A stretch of 64,000 nucleotides of DNA from NCBI RefSeq assembly GCF_030028105.1, contig NC_092397.1, forward strand, positions 26,670,630-26,734,629. The letters are read 5' to 3'. Each line of letters starts with the position of its first letter. Within the stretch, counting starts at the first letter, position 1. Origin of the DNA: Mobula birostris (lineage: Eukaryota). The position numbers and the translations under genes are program-made. Below, in pieces: positions 13,020-26,986 of this stretch. Below the pieces are notes generated by a model. That model did no database searches, had not been told where the DNA came from, and saw nothing but the letters and a program-made list of their open reading frames with translations.

Positions 13020-16000
13020 AACAGGATGTCCTAGTATTCTGAGGCTGTGCCCTGTGATCCCAGACTGCCCGGCTATCGGAAACATCCTCCCCACTCCATT
13101 GTAGGTCTTTCTATTTTTGATAAGTTTCAATGAGATTCCCTCATTCTTCTAAAGTCCAGCAAGTACAGGCCGAGAGCCAGCAAACAATCCTCGAGCATTA
13201 ACCCTTTTATTGCCAGGATCATTCTTGTGAACCTCCTCTGGACCCTCTCCTATGTGAACACGTACCTTTTTAGAGAAGGGGCCCAAAACAGTTCACAATA
13301 CCAAGTGTGATCGGACCAATGCCTTATAAACTCTGAGCATTACATCCTCGCTTTTGTGTTGTAGTCTTCTTGAAATGAATGCTGACGTTGCATTTGATTT
13401 CCTTACCACCAAATCAACTGGCAAGTTTATCATTAGGAAATCCTGCACATCGGAGACGTGCCTGACCCCAGTACCCGGGAGGGGACACCCCACCGTGGCA
13501 TCTCTCTTGCTGCCACAGAATCTCCTGCACATCCCCTGTACTGTGAGTCTGTTGTCATCACTGCTGTGATTGACCTTTCCTCCCGCGGAGCATCGGACCG
13601 GGGTGTCAGTATCACTGACGTGACAGGCTGCTGTTCTCTGGTTTGTCATCCTCCCAGGGGTATCCAAAGGAGTGTACTTGTTGCTGAGGGTCACAGCCAC
13701 AGGGAGACATTGCACTGTCTGTCTCTTCCCCTTTCCAGTTGTGGTAGTCACCAAACTATTTGCAGCCTGACCTCAGGTTTGACCAACCCACTGAATCTCT
13801 GGTCTCAGCATCCTGGAAACTCTGGGTCTGTCCATCTCCAGCACCATTCCCACTTATAGTGGTCACCCTCATGCATTAATCCTTTTATTGCCAGGATCAT
13901 TTGTGGCACCTTGTCAAAGAAAGCCTTTTGGAAGTCCAAATATATGACATCAGTGCATCCCCTTTATCCATCCTGCATGTAATCTCCTCAAAGTATTCCA
14001 ACAGGTTCATCAGGCAAGACTTTCCCTTAAGGAAACCGTGCTGACTTTGTCCTTTCTTGTCCTGTGTTTCCAATACTCTTCAATAATTGACTCCGGTATC
14101 TTCCCAACCACTGAGGTCAGTCTAACTGGTCTATATTTCCCTTTCTGCTGCCTTGCTTTGTTATACGCCTTCCCTTTTGGTTTTACATTAGCTTTGATTC
14201 CCTTGTCAGCCGCGGTTGTACTATTTTGCCATTTGAGTATTTATTTGTTTTTGGAATACATTCATCCTGCACCTCCCTCATTCTCCCCAGAAACTGTTAC
14301 TTCTCTGCTGCCATCCCTGCCAGCATCTCCTTCCAATTTATTTTAGCCAACTCTTCTCTCAAACCACTGTAACTGCCTTTACTCCACTGAAACACTGCTG
14401 TGTCAGACTGTACTTTCTCCCTGTCCAATTTCAAGCTGAACTCAATGATACTGAGATCACTGCCTCCGAAGGGTTCTTTTACCTTCAGCTCCCTAATCAC
14501 CTCCAGTTTATTCAATAACACACAATCCAGTATAGCTGTTCCCCTAGTAGCCCAATGACAAACTGCTCTAAAAAGCCATCTGTTCAGCATTCAGCAAACT
14601 CACTCTCTTCAGATCTATTTCCAACCTGATTTTCCCAATCGACCTGCATGTTAAAATCTCCCATGACTCTGATGAAATCTCCCCTTCCACAACATTGCCC
14701 TTTTGACCTGCCTTTTCTATTTCCTGTTGTAATCTGTGGTCCACATACCAGCAACTGTTGGGAGGCCTGTAAACAACTACCATCAAAGTCTTTTTTACAC
14801 TTGCAGTTTTTAAATTCAACTCACAATGATTCAACATCTTCCGATCCTGTGTCACATCTTTCTACTGATTTGTTACCATTCTTTACCAGCAGAGCCATGC
14901 CATCTCCATTGTCTACCTTCCTATCCCTCTGATACGTGTAACCTGGGGCATTTAGCTCCGAACTAGAAACATCCTTCAGCCGTGATTTAGTGATGGTCAC
15001 AACATTAAACATGACAATCCGTAATAGGGCAATAAGATTATCCACCTTATTTCTTACACTCCGTGTATTGAGATATAACAGTTTGAGTTCTGCATTTGCT
15101 ACCCTTATTGATTCTGCATCCCTCATGCACTGATGCTCATCCTGCTGGCTGCAGTTATGTCCTATCATCTGCCTGCCCTTCCTGACAGTGTGACTGCATG
15201 CGATCTTTGCTTTTTTACCATCTGTCCTATCCTGCATCCTTTCACACCAGTTCCCATGCTCCTGCCAAATTAGTTTAAACCCTCCCCAACCACTCTAACA
15301 AACCAGCAGTATGCCCACAAGAAAACTAATCTCAGGGTTGTATATGGTGACAGAAATGTATTTTGATAATACATTTACTTTCAGCTTTGAACTTTGTAGT
15401 AGAGAGCTGGGTGTTGTACTGGTCTGTGTCCTCACTGGCCGGTGCTGTGCTCTGGCAGCTCAGTGTACTTGGTATATAGTGTCAGTGTTTCCACAGAAGT
15501 GTGTCCTTATTAGACAATTGATCTTGTCCATCCTGGAGTTTGGTAGATTCACTGGCGACCAGAGTGATTTTTTTCAGACTATTATTGGGCGGAGAATCAT
15601 TCTGTGATCGTCGAGACTATTTGACCCATCAAATTTATACCAACTCCTGCTACAACATTTCCACAATCCCATTCCCCACTGTACCCACAGCTCTGCAGGT
15701 CATTTCCCCTGAAGGACTTGTCTAATTCCTCTCAGAACACTGGTTGTTCCTGCCACCACTCTGCTGAGTCCCATATTTCTCAAGGTGAAGTCAAGAATGT
15801 CCCTCTCCCTGGTGGACGACATATTGTTTCAGGAAACCTTCCTGAACACAAATAATGCTCCATCCAAGCCTCAGGGTGCAAGGGAGTCCCAGTTACTCTG
15901 GGGAGGTTATTCACTCACCAAATCTACTCTGTAGTTTTTACATCAGTCCATAACCTGCCAACATATCTGTTCCTCTCTTACTGGCTGTTGTGAGGCTTCC

Positions 16001-18975
16001 AGTATAATCCTAGCACGGGGATTGCTCCTTTCTTATTCCTGAACTCTACCCACATTGTCTGACTGGAGGAGCCTCCAGGGTGACCTCGACCTTGTGACAT
16101 TCTGCCTGATCAGCCGTACAGATCCCCAACCTCATTCACCTCCCTCTGGACTGTCTGAATCATCTGAATCCTGGAATGTTTCACTACCAGTCTTGCCCTT
16201 CTCTCAGCTGGATCTCTGTAAACACAAAATACTCTGCAGATGCTGGGGTCAAAACGAAAAGTCACCGTTTTGGGCCGGAACTGTAATACCTTTTTTATTT
16301 ATTTCCTCGCTAGCAGGTGGCACTGGGATTATCCCCACCCCCACCACAGAGTTTCTACTTAACTTTTCCTCAACTCCCTAAGTTCTTTTTGCAGGACTTT
16401 GTCTCTTTTGTTAGAGCCAATATGGACCACGACCTCTGGCTGCTCACCCTGCCCTTTCAGAATGGCCTGTACTTTTTCAGTTCCATCCTCGACCCTGGTA
16501 CCAGGGAGGTAATGCACCATCCTGCAGTCTGTCTCCTTACCACAGATACACCTGTCTGTGACCCCGGCTAAAGACTCCCCTGTCACTGAGGCTCACCGAG
16601 AACACAGAACAGTACAGCACAGGAACAGACCCTTCTTCCCATGATGTCTGTGCTGAACACGATGCCAAATGAAACTAAATCTCTTCTGCCTGCTTATAAT
16701 TCATGTGCTTAAATTCTCTGAATATTCATGGACTTTTCTAAAACCCTGTTAAATGTCATTATCGTATCTGCTTCCACCACTCCCCAAGGCAGCCCATACC
16801 CGGCCCTCACCACTCTCTGTACAAAAACAGAAATCTTACCTGCCCTAACGTCCACCTTTAAATTTTCACCCTGGCATTTTAAAGCTGCACCTTCTCATAT
16901 TTGATATTTCTACCCTGGCAAAATGATTCTGCCTGTTTACCTTGTCTACACCTCTCATAGTTTTATAAACTTCTGTCAGGTCTCCCCTCAGTCTCCTTCA
17001 CTCCAGGGAAGACAGTCCCAGTCGGTCTGATCTTTCCTTGTAACTCAAGCCCCGCAGTCCAGGTAACATTCCTGTGAATTGTTTCTGCACCTTTCCAGCT
17101 TAATCACATCCTTCCTCTCATGTGACCAGAACTGCACAGGGTACTCCTGGTGTGGTGTCATTATTGATATGTACAACTGTAATGTGATGACCCAACTCCT
17201 CTCATAGCCTTTGCCGATGAAGACCAGCATGTTGTGTTCCTTCTTCACCACCGTGTCTACCTGTGTTGGCACTTTCAGGGAATTATGCATCTGTGCCCCA
17301 GGTTTCTCTTTCATCAACACTCCTCAGGACCCTCCATTCAATGGGTACATCCTGACTTGCTTTAACTTCCCAAAATCCATCATTGTGCACTTGTCTGTCA
17401 CAGTAACAACACTTCTCTGTTTCTCTGCACCAACAACCCATCAGTAAATGTCAATGGACCATTCACCTCTGAACCTTGGTCATATATGGTTTTATGAACC
17501 ACTCACTGCTCCCGTCTCTATTTTGTTGTGTAGTTCAGCACCTTGACCCCTCTCTATTTCTCTCGTTTACAATTTATCTCCACATAAATCGCAGTCTGAC
17601 TTTTGATTCCTCCTACCATTCTACATGCCATCACACTTCACCACATTAAACTCCATTTACCAAGTATTCTACTCACCAGCTTCTTCTTATCCTGTTGGAG
17701 AGATGAAATGTCCAATCACATCATGTCCCCCACCACATTCCCTGTCATTGACCTCCCTCCTCTGGGTCATTAATATCAATAATAAATCATTGTCGATCCA
17801 GAACTGGTCGCTGGGACACTCCACTAGTAATATCATCCCAGTCTGAAACAGACCTGTTATTCTGTCTCAGTATGATGACCAGTCTTCAGTCAGTATTAAC
17901 ACACTTCCTTCCCAGTACTGAGCTCTGGTCTTGTGCACCAGCCTTACATGTGGCACCTTGGCAAATGGCTCCCGAAAATCCAAAAACACCGCTTCTCCAA
18001 CTTCCCCTGTAAAGTCTCAAATCTCTGGTATGTTTGTCAAACATGACTGAACATTCAGCAACCCAGGTTACAGGGTCTAAGACCAGGTTCCAGATGGACA
18101 GGGTGGTGAAGAGGCTTTTGGAACACTGGCCTTCAGTCAGGGCACCGAATATAGAAGCTGGGATGAAATGTCGCAGTTGTCCAACACGTTGGTTTGGCCG
18201 CATTTCGCAAATAGTGTTTAGTTTTAGTGACCCTGCTGTCTGACAGACACCATTAAGCTGGGAAGAGAGCAGAGGAGGTTTACGAGGATGTTGCTGGATC
18301 TTGAAGGACTGATTTGTGGAAAGCGTTTTGGTCAATTTTCCCTGGAATGTTGGAGAATGAGTAATGATATTGCAGAGGTGTAAAAAAATAATAAGGGGCC
18401 TGAGTTGGGTCAAAGATAACAATCATTTTGCCAGTGTTGGGGAATCAAGAACTGGAGGGCATTGGTTTAAGATGAGATTTAATAGGAACCTGAAGGGCAA
18501 CTTTTCCAGTTGGTGGTGGTGAGGGGGTTACAGACCACGAGCTCAGATGGAAACTTTGGTCATCGTGGACAATTTGAGCTGAAGGTCTTGTTTCTGTGCT
18601 GTGTGAATCTGACTGTAAACCCTGTTGACTTAGTTCAATGACATTAAACTTTTCGAAATGATTTGCTATTTCTTGATAGATTATCGACTCAAGTACCTGA
18701 AGTGAAGTTAACAGGACTACAGTTACCTTCCACCATTCTTCAACAATGGTTTTCAACTAACTGGGACCTTTCTGTAACAGTGAGTTTTGACAGACTTCAA
18801 TGTCTCTCCTTTCTCTCCAGACTTTAGTGCAGGTCGTTGGGACCTGGTAATGTTTGCTTTTAGTCCCATTAGTTTCTCCCTGGAGACGGCGGTTGTTACA
18901 CATTATGGCACAATATTGAAATGTCACCATCAGATATCTGTGGGATGTTTTCTGTGTCCCCACTGTGAACACTAA
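13020..18975. mobile_element. Mosaic of decayed CR1 fragments in both orientations
   Basis: APE/RT/ORF1 remnants: LYLNTRSVRNK, VVYRPPNS, VVVHIGSN, YKALVRSHL. Confidence 0.7.
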
Positions 18976-19098
18976 CTCCTTGTCGGTCTGATGGTCTGAT
19001 GTTCAGTGCAGACTGGCAATCCTGCGACACCGCTGGTGCTTGACTCCATCGGTCTCCGCTGTTGCTCTGGATTCATCAGCTCCTGCATGGGCGACTGC

Positions 19099-19804
19099 TT
19101 GCTTCACGTATCGTACGTCCCCGACTTGCTTTACGTTTTGTACGTCCCTGACTTGCTTTACGTATCGTACTTCCCCGACTTGCTTTACGTTTTGTACGTC
19201 CCCGACTTGCTTTACGTTTTGTACGTCCCCGACTTGCTTTACGTATCGTACGTCCCCGACTTGCTTTACGTTTCGTACTTCCCTGACTTGCTTTACGTAT
19301 CGTACGTCCCTGACTTGCTTTACGTTTTGTACGTCCCTGACTTGCTTTACGTATCGTACGTCCCTGACTTGCTTTACGTTTCGTACGTCCCCGACTTGCT
19401 TTACGTTTCGTACGTCCCCGACTTGCTTTACGTATCGTACGTCCCCGACTTGCTTTACGTTTCGTACGTCCCCGACTTGCTTTACGTATCGTACGTCCCT
19501 GACTTGCTTTACGTATCGTACGTCCCCGACTTGCTTTACGTATCGTACGTCCCCGACTTGCTTTACGTTTCGTACGTCCCCGACTTGCTTTACGTTTCGT
19601 ACGTCCCCGACTTGCTTTACGTTTCGTACGTCCCCGACTTGCTTTACGTATCGTACGTCCCCGACTTGCTTTACGTATCGTACGTCCCCGACTTGCTTTA
19701 CGTTTCGTACGTCCCCGACTTGCTTTACGTTTCGTACGTCCCCGACTTGCTTTACGTTTTGTACGTCCCTGACTTGCTTTACGTTTCGTACGTCCCCGAC
19801 TTGC
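19099..19804. repeat. Minisatellite, 26 x 27 bp, consensus TTGCTTTACGT(T/A)TCGTACGTCCCCGAC
   Basis: Read directly. 26 nine-residue units in ORF 19006..19824, no indels. Confidence 0.97.
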
Positions 19805-19869
19805 ATATCGACTTCCACAGCTAGGGCGCAATATCCATGGTCGACCCTGACCAGCGGAGAGCCATCACC

Positions 19870-20240
19870 AACATGCTTGCGTGTGGCCTCCTCTACTGCT
19901 ACGACGAAGCCAAGTACAGGTTAGCCGAACAACACCTCATATTCTGACTGTGCAGCCTCCAATCTTGATAGAATGAACATTGATTTCTACCAATTCCGGA
20001 TATCACTACACTCTGTTTCCCTCACCCCCACTTCTTTTCCCCCATTCTGATACCATTTAACCCCTTCACCTCCCTTCACACACCCTCATGACCTGCCCAT
20101 CAACTCTGTCTGGTTCTCCACCTCCTTCGTGTCATCCCATGGTCCAAAGTTCTCTCCTATTGGATTCCTTTCTCTTCATCGCTTTGCCTTTTCTGCCTGT
20201 CACCCAGCTCCTCAGATCATCATCCCTCCACAAACCACAC
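19870..20240 (+). mobile_element. Penelope-like element fragment (ORF C-terminus and pyrimidine-rich tail)
   Basis: gaacaacacctcatattc...cagcctccaa...atgaacattgatttc (EQHLIF..SLQ..MNIDF), homologous to 39920-39980 and 43665-43750. Confidence 0.6.
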
Positions 20241-20261
20241 GTTCCCTAAGGATGAGCTGTA

Positions 20262-20615
20262 CCTAATGCAATCTGCAAGAGAACTGAGACTTCAGAAAAG
20301 ATTTGTTTTCCAGCAAGACAATGACTACGAGCTTAAAACCAAAGCTGCACAGGAATGCCTTAAGACAACACAGTTCATGGCCTGGTGTGGCCAAGTCAGA
20401 GTCCAGACCTCAGTCTGTGGCTGGACTTGAAAAGGGCTGTTCACTCATAAACTCTGTGCATTCTGACAGACCTTGAGCAGTTTTGTAAGGAAGAATGGGA
20501 AAAATTGCAGTGTCCAGATGTGCAAAGCTGATAGTGACCTATCCACATAGACTCATGGTTGTAATTGCTGCCAACGGTCCATCGACCAAATACTGACTTG
20601 AAGGAGGTGAATACA
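20262..20615 (+). mobile_element. Tc1-like transposase 3' fragment
   Basis: ttccagcaagacaatgac (FQQDND) and tggccaagtcagagtccagacct (WPSQSPDL); similar to the reverse complement of 54590-54950. Confidence 0.8.
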
Positions 20616-21219
20616 CCTACCTGCACAGGGTCCATTCCCTGTACGTTATATTACATGACACCCTTACTCTTATGCTTAACACCCTGACCAGTGGAAACCA
20701 GCATTCTGCACACCTTATCCCGTTGTGTAGCCACATTCAGTGAACTATGTGCCTGGATCCCAAGATCACTCTTTACACCAATGCTGTGAAGGGGTCAGTT
20801 ATTAACATTATACTTTCTTCTTTCATTTGACCTCCCAAACTGCAACGCCACATTCCCTCCCAGATTAAATTCCTTCTGCAGCTACTCTGCATATCTGTTT
20901 GTGATCTGTATCCCACTGTGTGCATTGATCAATATCTACACTGTCCACAATTCCACCTATCTTGCTGTCACCTGTAGACTTGTAAACCGCCCATCAACAT
21001 TTTCATCCAAACATCGATATATATCAGAAACAACATAATTCCCAGCATCAATCCTTGTGGATCACCACTGCTCACAGACTTCCAGCCCTACTTAGCCTTC
21101 TATGAGAAAGCCATTTCTGAATTGAAATTGCAATTTATATTGAATCCCACTGCTCTTTTTCAAATGCCTTACTGAGGTTTATGCGGATCATGTCCACAGC
21201 CTTGCCCTCGTCAAGCACC

Positions 21220-22170
21220 AAGATGTTGGGTCTCATTCTTTTCACATTATATGTCAGTGATTTGGATGATGGAATTCATGAATTTATTGCAAAATTTGCA
21301 GATGATATGAAGAGACAGGTGGAGGTGCAGGTATTTTTGAGGAAATAGGGAAGGACAGACAGATGAAGAGAATGGGCAAAGAAGTGGCAGATGGAATACA
21401 GAATTGGGAAGTGTATGGTCATGCACTTTGGTTGAAGAAATAGTAGGGTGATTATTTTCTAAATGGAGAGAAGATACAAAAAATTGAGGTACAAAGGGAT
21501 TTGGGAGTCATTGTGCAGGATTCTCTAAAGGCTAATTTGCAGGTTGGGTCTCTGCTGAGAAAGGCAACTGTGATGTTAGCATTCATTTGAAGAGGACTGG
21601 AATATAAAAACAAGACTGTAATGTTGAGACTTTATGAAGTACTGGCAAAGTCTCACTTGGAGTATTGGGAGCAGTTTTGGGCCCTGTATGGAAGGATGAG
21701 CTGAAACTGGATGGGTTTCAAACGAGATTCTCTGAAATGATTCCAGGATCAAACAGCTTGTCATATGAAGAACATTTCATGGCTCTGGGCCTTTTATTCA
21801 CTGGAATTGAGAACAATGAGGGATGACTAATTGAAACCTATCACTGTGATAAAGTTGATGTGGAGAGGATGGGAGTGTCTAAGACCAGAGGACACAGCCG
21901 CAGAATAGGGGAGCATCCTTTTAGAATGGAGATGAGGAGGAATTTCTTTAGAGAGAGTGGTGAATCTGTGGAATTCGTTGTCACAGGCAGCAGCTGTGGA
22001 GGCCAAGGTATATTTAAGGTAGAGATCGATAGATTCTTGATTGGTCAGAGCATGAAGGGACACATGGAGAAGGCAGGAGATTGGGGCTGAGAGGAAAATT
22101 GGATCAGCCACAATGAAATGTCAGAGCAGACTCGATGGGCCAAATGGTCTAATTCTTCTCCTATACCTTA
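21220..22170 (+). mobile_element. CR1 3' portion (RT C-terminus and 3' UTR)
   Basis: aaatttgcagatgat (KFADD), KTRGHS...FRMEMRRNFF, CR1-type 3' end. Confidence 0.8.
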
Positions 22171-23699
22171 GTCTCTGTCATCACCTCACAAACCTCGAGC
22201 AACTTTGTCAAGCATGATCTGCCCACACAAAACCATGCTGATTGTCCCTACGCAGGCCATGCCTTTGCAAATGTGCATAAATCCTGTACCTCAATATTTA
22301 ACTCTGACCTGGTGGTCTTTAAACAACTCCCACATGTGGCTGCTCCCAATCAATGCCCCTTGGCTTCTGTCTTACTACGTCCTAACTTGCCCTCCTGCAA
22401 TTTAGTACCTTCTTACAAGATCTAATTTTATTCTTACTCATAACTAAGAAAAATATAAGATCCCAAAATTTTCACTGAGTCTTGGCTGTCTCCTGGTCTG
22501 GTTCATTTCCCAAAACTAATTCCCACATGTTCTCAACTCTGGTTGGGCTCGACATAATGTTTCAAAATTTCCTCAGATTCACTAAAGAAATCTTGCGCTT
22601 CTTAGTATTGAGCAAATTCCAGTCAATTCTAGGGAAGATAAAGTCCCCCCACTGGTTATTGTGGGGCCAGTGCAAACATCCCAACAGTGTAACTGCAGAT
22701 TGCCTCTGTAAATGAACCTTCCAGTTTGCAGTGACATTCCCAGTGGGGTAACCTCTGCATCTTTTAACCCCCCCCTCCCACCCCCACTCACATGTAAAAC
22801 AATCAAACCCAGGAATGTTGAGCTGCCAGCCCTGTCCGTCCGATGACATAAAACTCCTAATGTTGAAATAAACTCATTTCAGCCCAGCAATCCCACCATG
22901 TTTATTAGCCTGACATTGGCGCTCGTTCTTTTCAGACTGTCTTGTCAGACATACATTCTCCCACTTGCTACTCCAGTTCAAACTCTGCCAAGTGACACCA
23001 TCAAACCTCCTGGTGAAGATATTGGTTCCCGTCCGGTTCAAATGCAAATGGTCTTGTTTGTCCCGGTCTCCCAGCTGCCTGGACCACCCATGAATCCATG
23101 AATCTGAAAACCTCCCTCCTGCATCAGTTCCTCAGCAACATATTAAACTGCGCGAAATATCGATTTCTCACCACACTAGCGCATGGTTTTGGTCACAATT
23201 CCGCGATTGCAATCCTGGAAGTCCTGCTTTTTTTAACCTAGTTCTCTAAAACCACTGTGTAGGACTTAACATCCCTGCTCATTTAAACCCTTCCGTGTAG
23301 CACGAAGAAGGCTCCCCGGAAACATATTGGCTCCCCTCCTCCTTGGACCCGCCTCTCGTTTCCCTTGAGACCCAAAGATCCTTGTACCTGAAGAACCACC
23401 CACCTCGCACCAGCTCCTCAGCCACCCCTTTACCTGGGCTTTAGAAGGCGCCAGAAGCGCGGTCTATATATCTGGTTATGTATCCTGTTCTTGTCTGTGA
23501 CCGGTCTTTCATTTCCCTGACGACCCAGAGGAACAATTGTTCTAATGAATCAACCCCCTCATCACTGGAAGTGACTGCACCCTCTCCCACCAACTGCTGT
23601 GCGTGAGGGCGCTGACACTGGTCATGGGGCCGGGAGGGACAGACCGAGGTCCTCGGGGATTTGTAGAATGGAAAAGCACTTCCTTTAATTTAAAGCAGG

Positions 23700-24308
<609 letters not shown>

Positions 24309-24341
24309 AAAACTCCCACCTCCTCCTGAGCACAAAACAAA

Positions 24342-24357
24342 GGCTCTTCTAAGAGCC
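24342..24357 (+). terminator. Histone mRNA 3' stem-loop (H4)
   Basis: GGCTCTTCTAAGAGCC followed by ACCCA. Confidence 0.97.
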
Positions 24358-24829
24358 ACCCACCGCCTCATAAACGGAGCCGTATCCACAGACTTTTAAT
24401 TATTTTTTATCGATACATTCAGTTGAGTTGCATTTGAAACAGATTGATCGATTCCACTTGAAACATACTGCAATTCTGCCTTTCCAGTCAGTGATTACCG
24501 CAAAACCTGCATTAGGATCGATTTTAATCCTGTATCAGTTTCGAACAGAAATCAGTTCACTAGTTTAGAGAACGATTCTGCAGTTGTGAATTTAAATCTT
24601 AACTGAGGAAATTAGATATTAAATTTATTAAACGAAACTGAATTTGTATAATTCGTCATACAATTAATTGTAAATAAAATGTAATCAAGCACCGTTGCTG
24701 GGTGGTCTTCAATTGCCGGGCGATTTTAAATTAATCCGGCGCCAATCACTCTGCATGAATGAAGTCCGACCGCTCGGCAAATTTTTATTTGTCGTAAATT
24801 TTTATTCGCCGCCAGCCTACAGGAAAGGA

Positions 24830-24920
24830 ATCAACCAATCGCAGTAAGGAACCTTAATAGACACCTGGTTCAGCCAATCAGAGGTGATGGGCAGACCCTT
24901 TCCAAAATTATAAAATCCTG
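24830..24920 (+). promoter_or_regulatory. Histone H3 promoter
   Basis: CCAAT at 24835 and 24874, TATAAAA at 24909-24915. Confidence 0.85.
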
Positions 24921-24979
24921 TCCCGAAGCACGTTTCGTCTATCTTGTTCCTGTATTTCAGCCTGTGTTGTCGGTTCTGA

Positions 24980-25396
<417 letters not shown>

Positions 25397-25425
25397 ACCC
25401 AGCCTCCACAACAAGCACAAGAAAA

Positions 25426-25441
25426 GGCTCTTTTAAGAGCC
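25426..25441 (+). terminator. Histone mRNA 3' stem-loop (H3)
   Basis: GGCTCTTTTAAGAGCC. Confidence 0.97.
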
Positions 25442-26234
25442 ACTACCACAGCAAAGGAAGGGGCTGTCGCTTGCTGATTATTGTAGTGACGATCTGCCTT
25501 CCTGATGGGGTTGTTCGGTTTCGCATTAACTGACCGCAATCATCAGCTGTTCTGTGCCGACAGGTTAATTCAGCGAGAGACAGGAGATGAACGCGCTCCC
25601 TCCCTGTCAGGGTCTCATCTGGCCCTTCACTTCTCCCACAAACCTGGCATGTACAGCTGCTGCGGCTGTTACCGTTTTGTTTGCTTTCGACATGCCCGGC
25701 TGTCCTTGGAGTGGGAGCATGCGGTCGCGCTGGGTACAGTGGGAGATTTCCGAGAGCGGTAATTATATATTTTTGATTTTATTCTTGTAAATGTTGTGTA
25801 AATAAACTTTTGTAGCTGGTACCTGATTGAAGGTCAGTCGGCAAAGTCGCCGGGTAGGTTATCATATATCTTCCCCCTGCAGTCCATCCCCAGAGACAGA
25901 TCCCTCTCTCAAGACGCCCCCTCCCCTCTCACATAGGTTTCAGCAGTTCCCAATCAACTCAGCTGAATCGGGCTTTGGGATGCGAGGTGCGGAATCTCAG
26001 TCACGCTGTCCTGGAGCGGGAGAAGGAACTGGGCCTGCAGACCACCCCACCGGTCTCACTCTCTCTCTCTCACACACACACACAACCCGAGTGAAACGCA
26101 GTGTTTCACTTCAAATCTGGGACGTCAGGGCCGCTCTGAATGTCAAAGAGGTACCGGGAAAATCGGGTTTTATGCGGTAAGTTCCCCCGCAAAACTCAGT
26201 CGGACCCGGCGCGGGAATCACAATATTCACGATC

Positions 26235-26272
26235 AGCTCTTTTCTGAGATGTGGGTGGCTCTGAGAAGAGCC
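26235..26272 (-). terminator. Histone 3' stem-loop and U7 downstream element (H1)
   Basis: GGCTCTTCTCAGAGCC (26272-26257), ACCCA, then AGAAAAGAGCTG. Confidence 0.97.
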
Positions 26273-26308
26273 GTTGGGTTCAAACAGTTACAAACTGTAT
26301 ATCTTAAT

Positions 26309-26986
26309 TCACTTTTTGACTGCTGTCTTCTTGGCCGCCTTCTTCTTCGGGGCTGCGAGTTTCTTGGGGCTCTTTGGCTTCGACGCCGCTGGTTTCTTAG
26401 CTGCCGTTTTTTTAGCCGCTGGTTTCTTAGCTGCCGTTCTTTTAGCCGCTGGTTTCTTAGCTGCCGTTTTTTTAGCCGCTGGTTTCTTAGCTGCCGCTTT
26501 TTTAGCCGCTGGTTTCTTAGCTGCCGCTTTTTTAGCCGCTGGTTTCTTCGCTGCCGCTTTCTTAGCCGCTGGGTTCTTGGCGCCAGACTTATTGCTGGGA
26601 GATTCCTTGATGGCAGATTTCTTTACCGATGGCTTGTTCGCTTTCTTCACCGCTTTCACGGCACTTTTTCCTTGACCGGATTTAAAGGATCCCGAAAGAC
26701 CCGTGCCCTTGGTCTGAACCAAGGAGCCGCTTTCCACTCTCTTCCTGATGCACATCCTGATCTGGGCGCGACGTTTCCCCACATCGACACCGCTGCTGGT
26801 CAGAGCCTTCATGATGGCCACAGCGGACATCCCCTTCCTATCGCGACAATCCGCCACAATCTTATCGATTTGTTCGCCCAGTTTGGGACCGGCTGGTTTG
26901 CTCCGGCCGGCCGCCTTCTTGGGAGTCTTCTTTGCGGCGGCGGGTGCGGCTGGAGGAGCCGTTTCGGCGGGTGCTGTCTCGGTCAT
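26309..26986 (-). CDS. H1: Linker histone H1, divergent globular domain, 225 aa
   Basis: MTETAPAE N-terminus, globular domain ending LVQTKGTGLSGSFK, K/A/P-rich tail, stem-loop downstream. Confidence 0.96.
   Translation of the reverse strand: MTETAPAETAPPAAPAAAKKTPKKAAGRSKPAGPKLGEQIDKIVADCRDRKGMSAVAIMKALTSSGVDVGKRRAQIRMCIRKRVESGSLVQTKGTGLSGSFKSGQGKSAVKAVKKANKPSVKKSAIKESPSNKSGAKNPAAKKAAAKKPAAKKAAAKKPAAKKAAAKKPAAKKTAAKKPAAKRTAAKKPAAKKTAAKKPAASKPKSPKKLAAPKKKAAKKTAVKK
26385..26579. repeat. 30-bp coding tandem repeat (~6.5 copies) in the H1 tail
   Basis: gccgctggtttcttagctgccgYtttttta units encoding KK(T/A)AAKKPAA. Confidence 0.93.

Noticed and set aside
19000-19130. Hammerhead or C/D snoRNA from CTGATGA (minus, ~19079) with GAAACGTA in the repeats or a downstream CTGA
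   Set aside because: No convincing stems I/II and no canonical box C context.
19099-19804. CRISPR array
   Set aside because: Units are directly contiguous with no unique spacers, there are no cas genes, and the context is vertebrate.
19003-19924. Four long repeat ORFs as genuine CDS features
   Set aside because: They follow from a stop-free 27-bp unit; there is no supporting promoter or 3' signal. Kept only as a hypothesis in findings.
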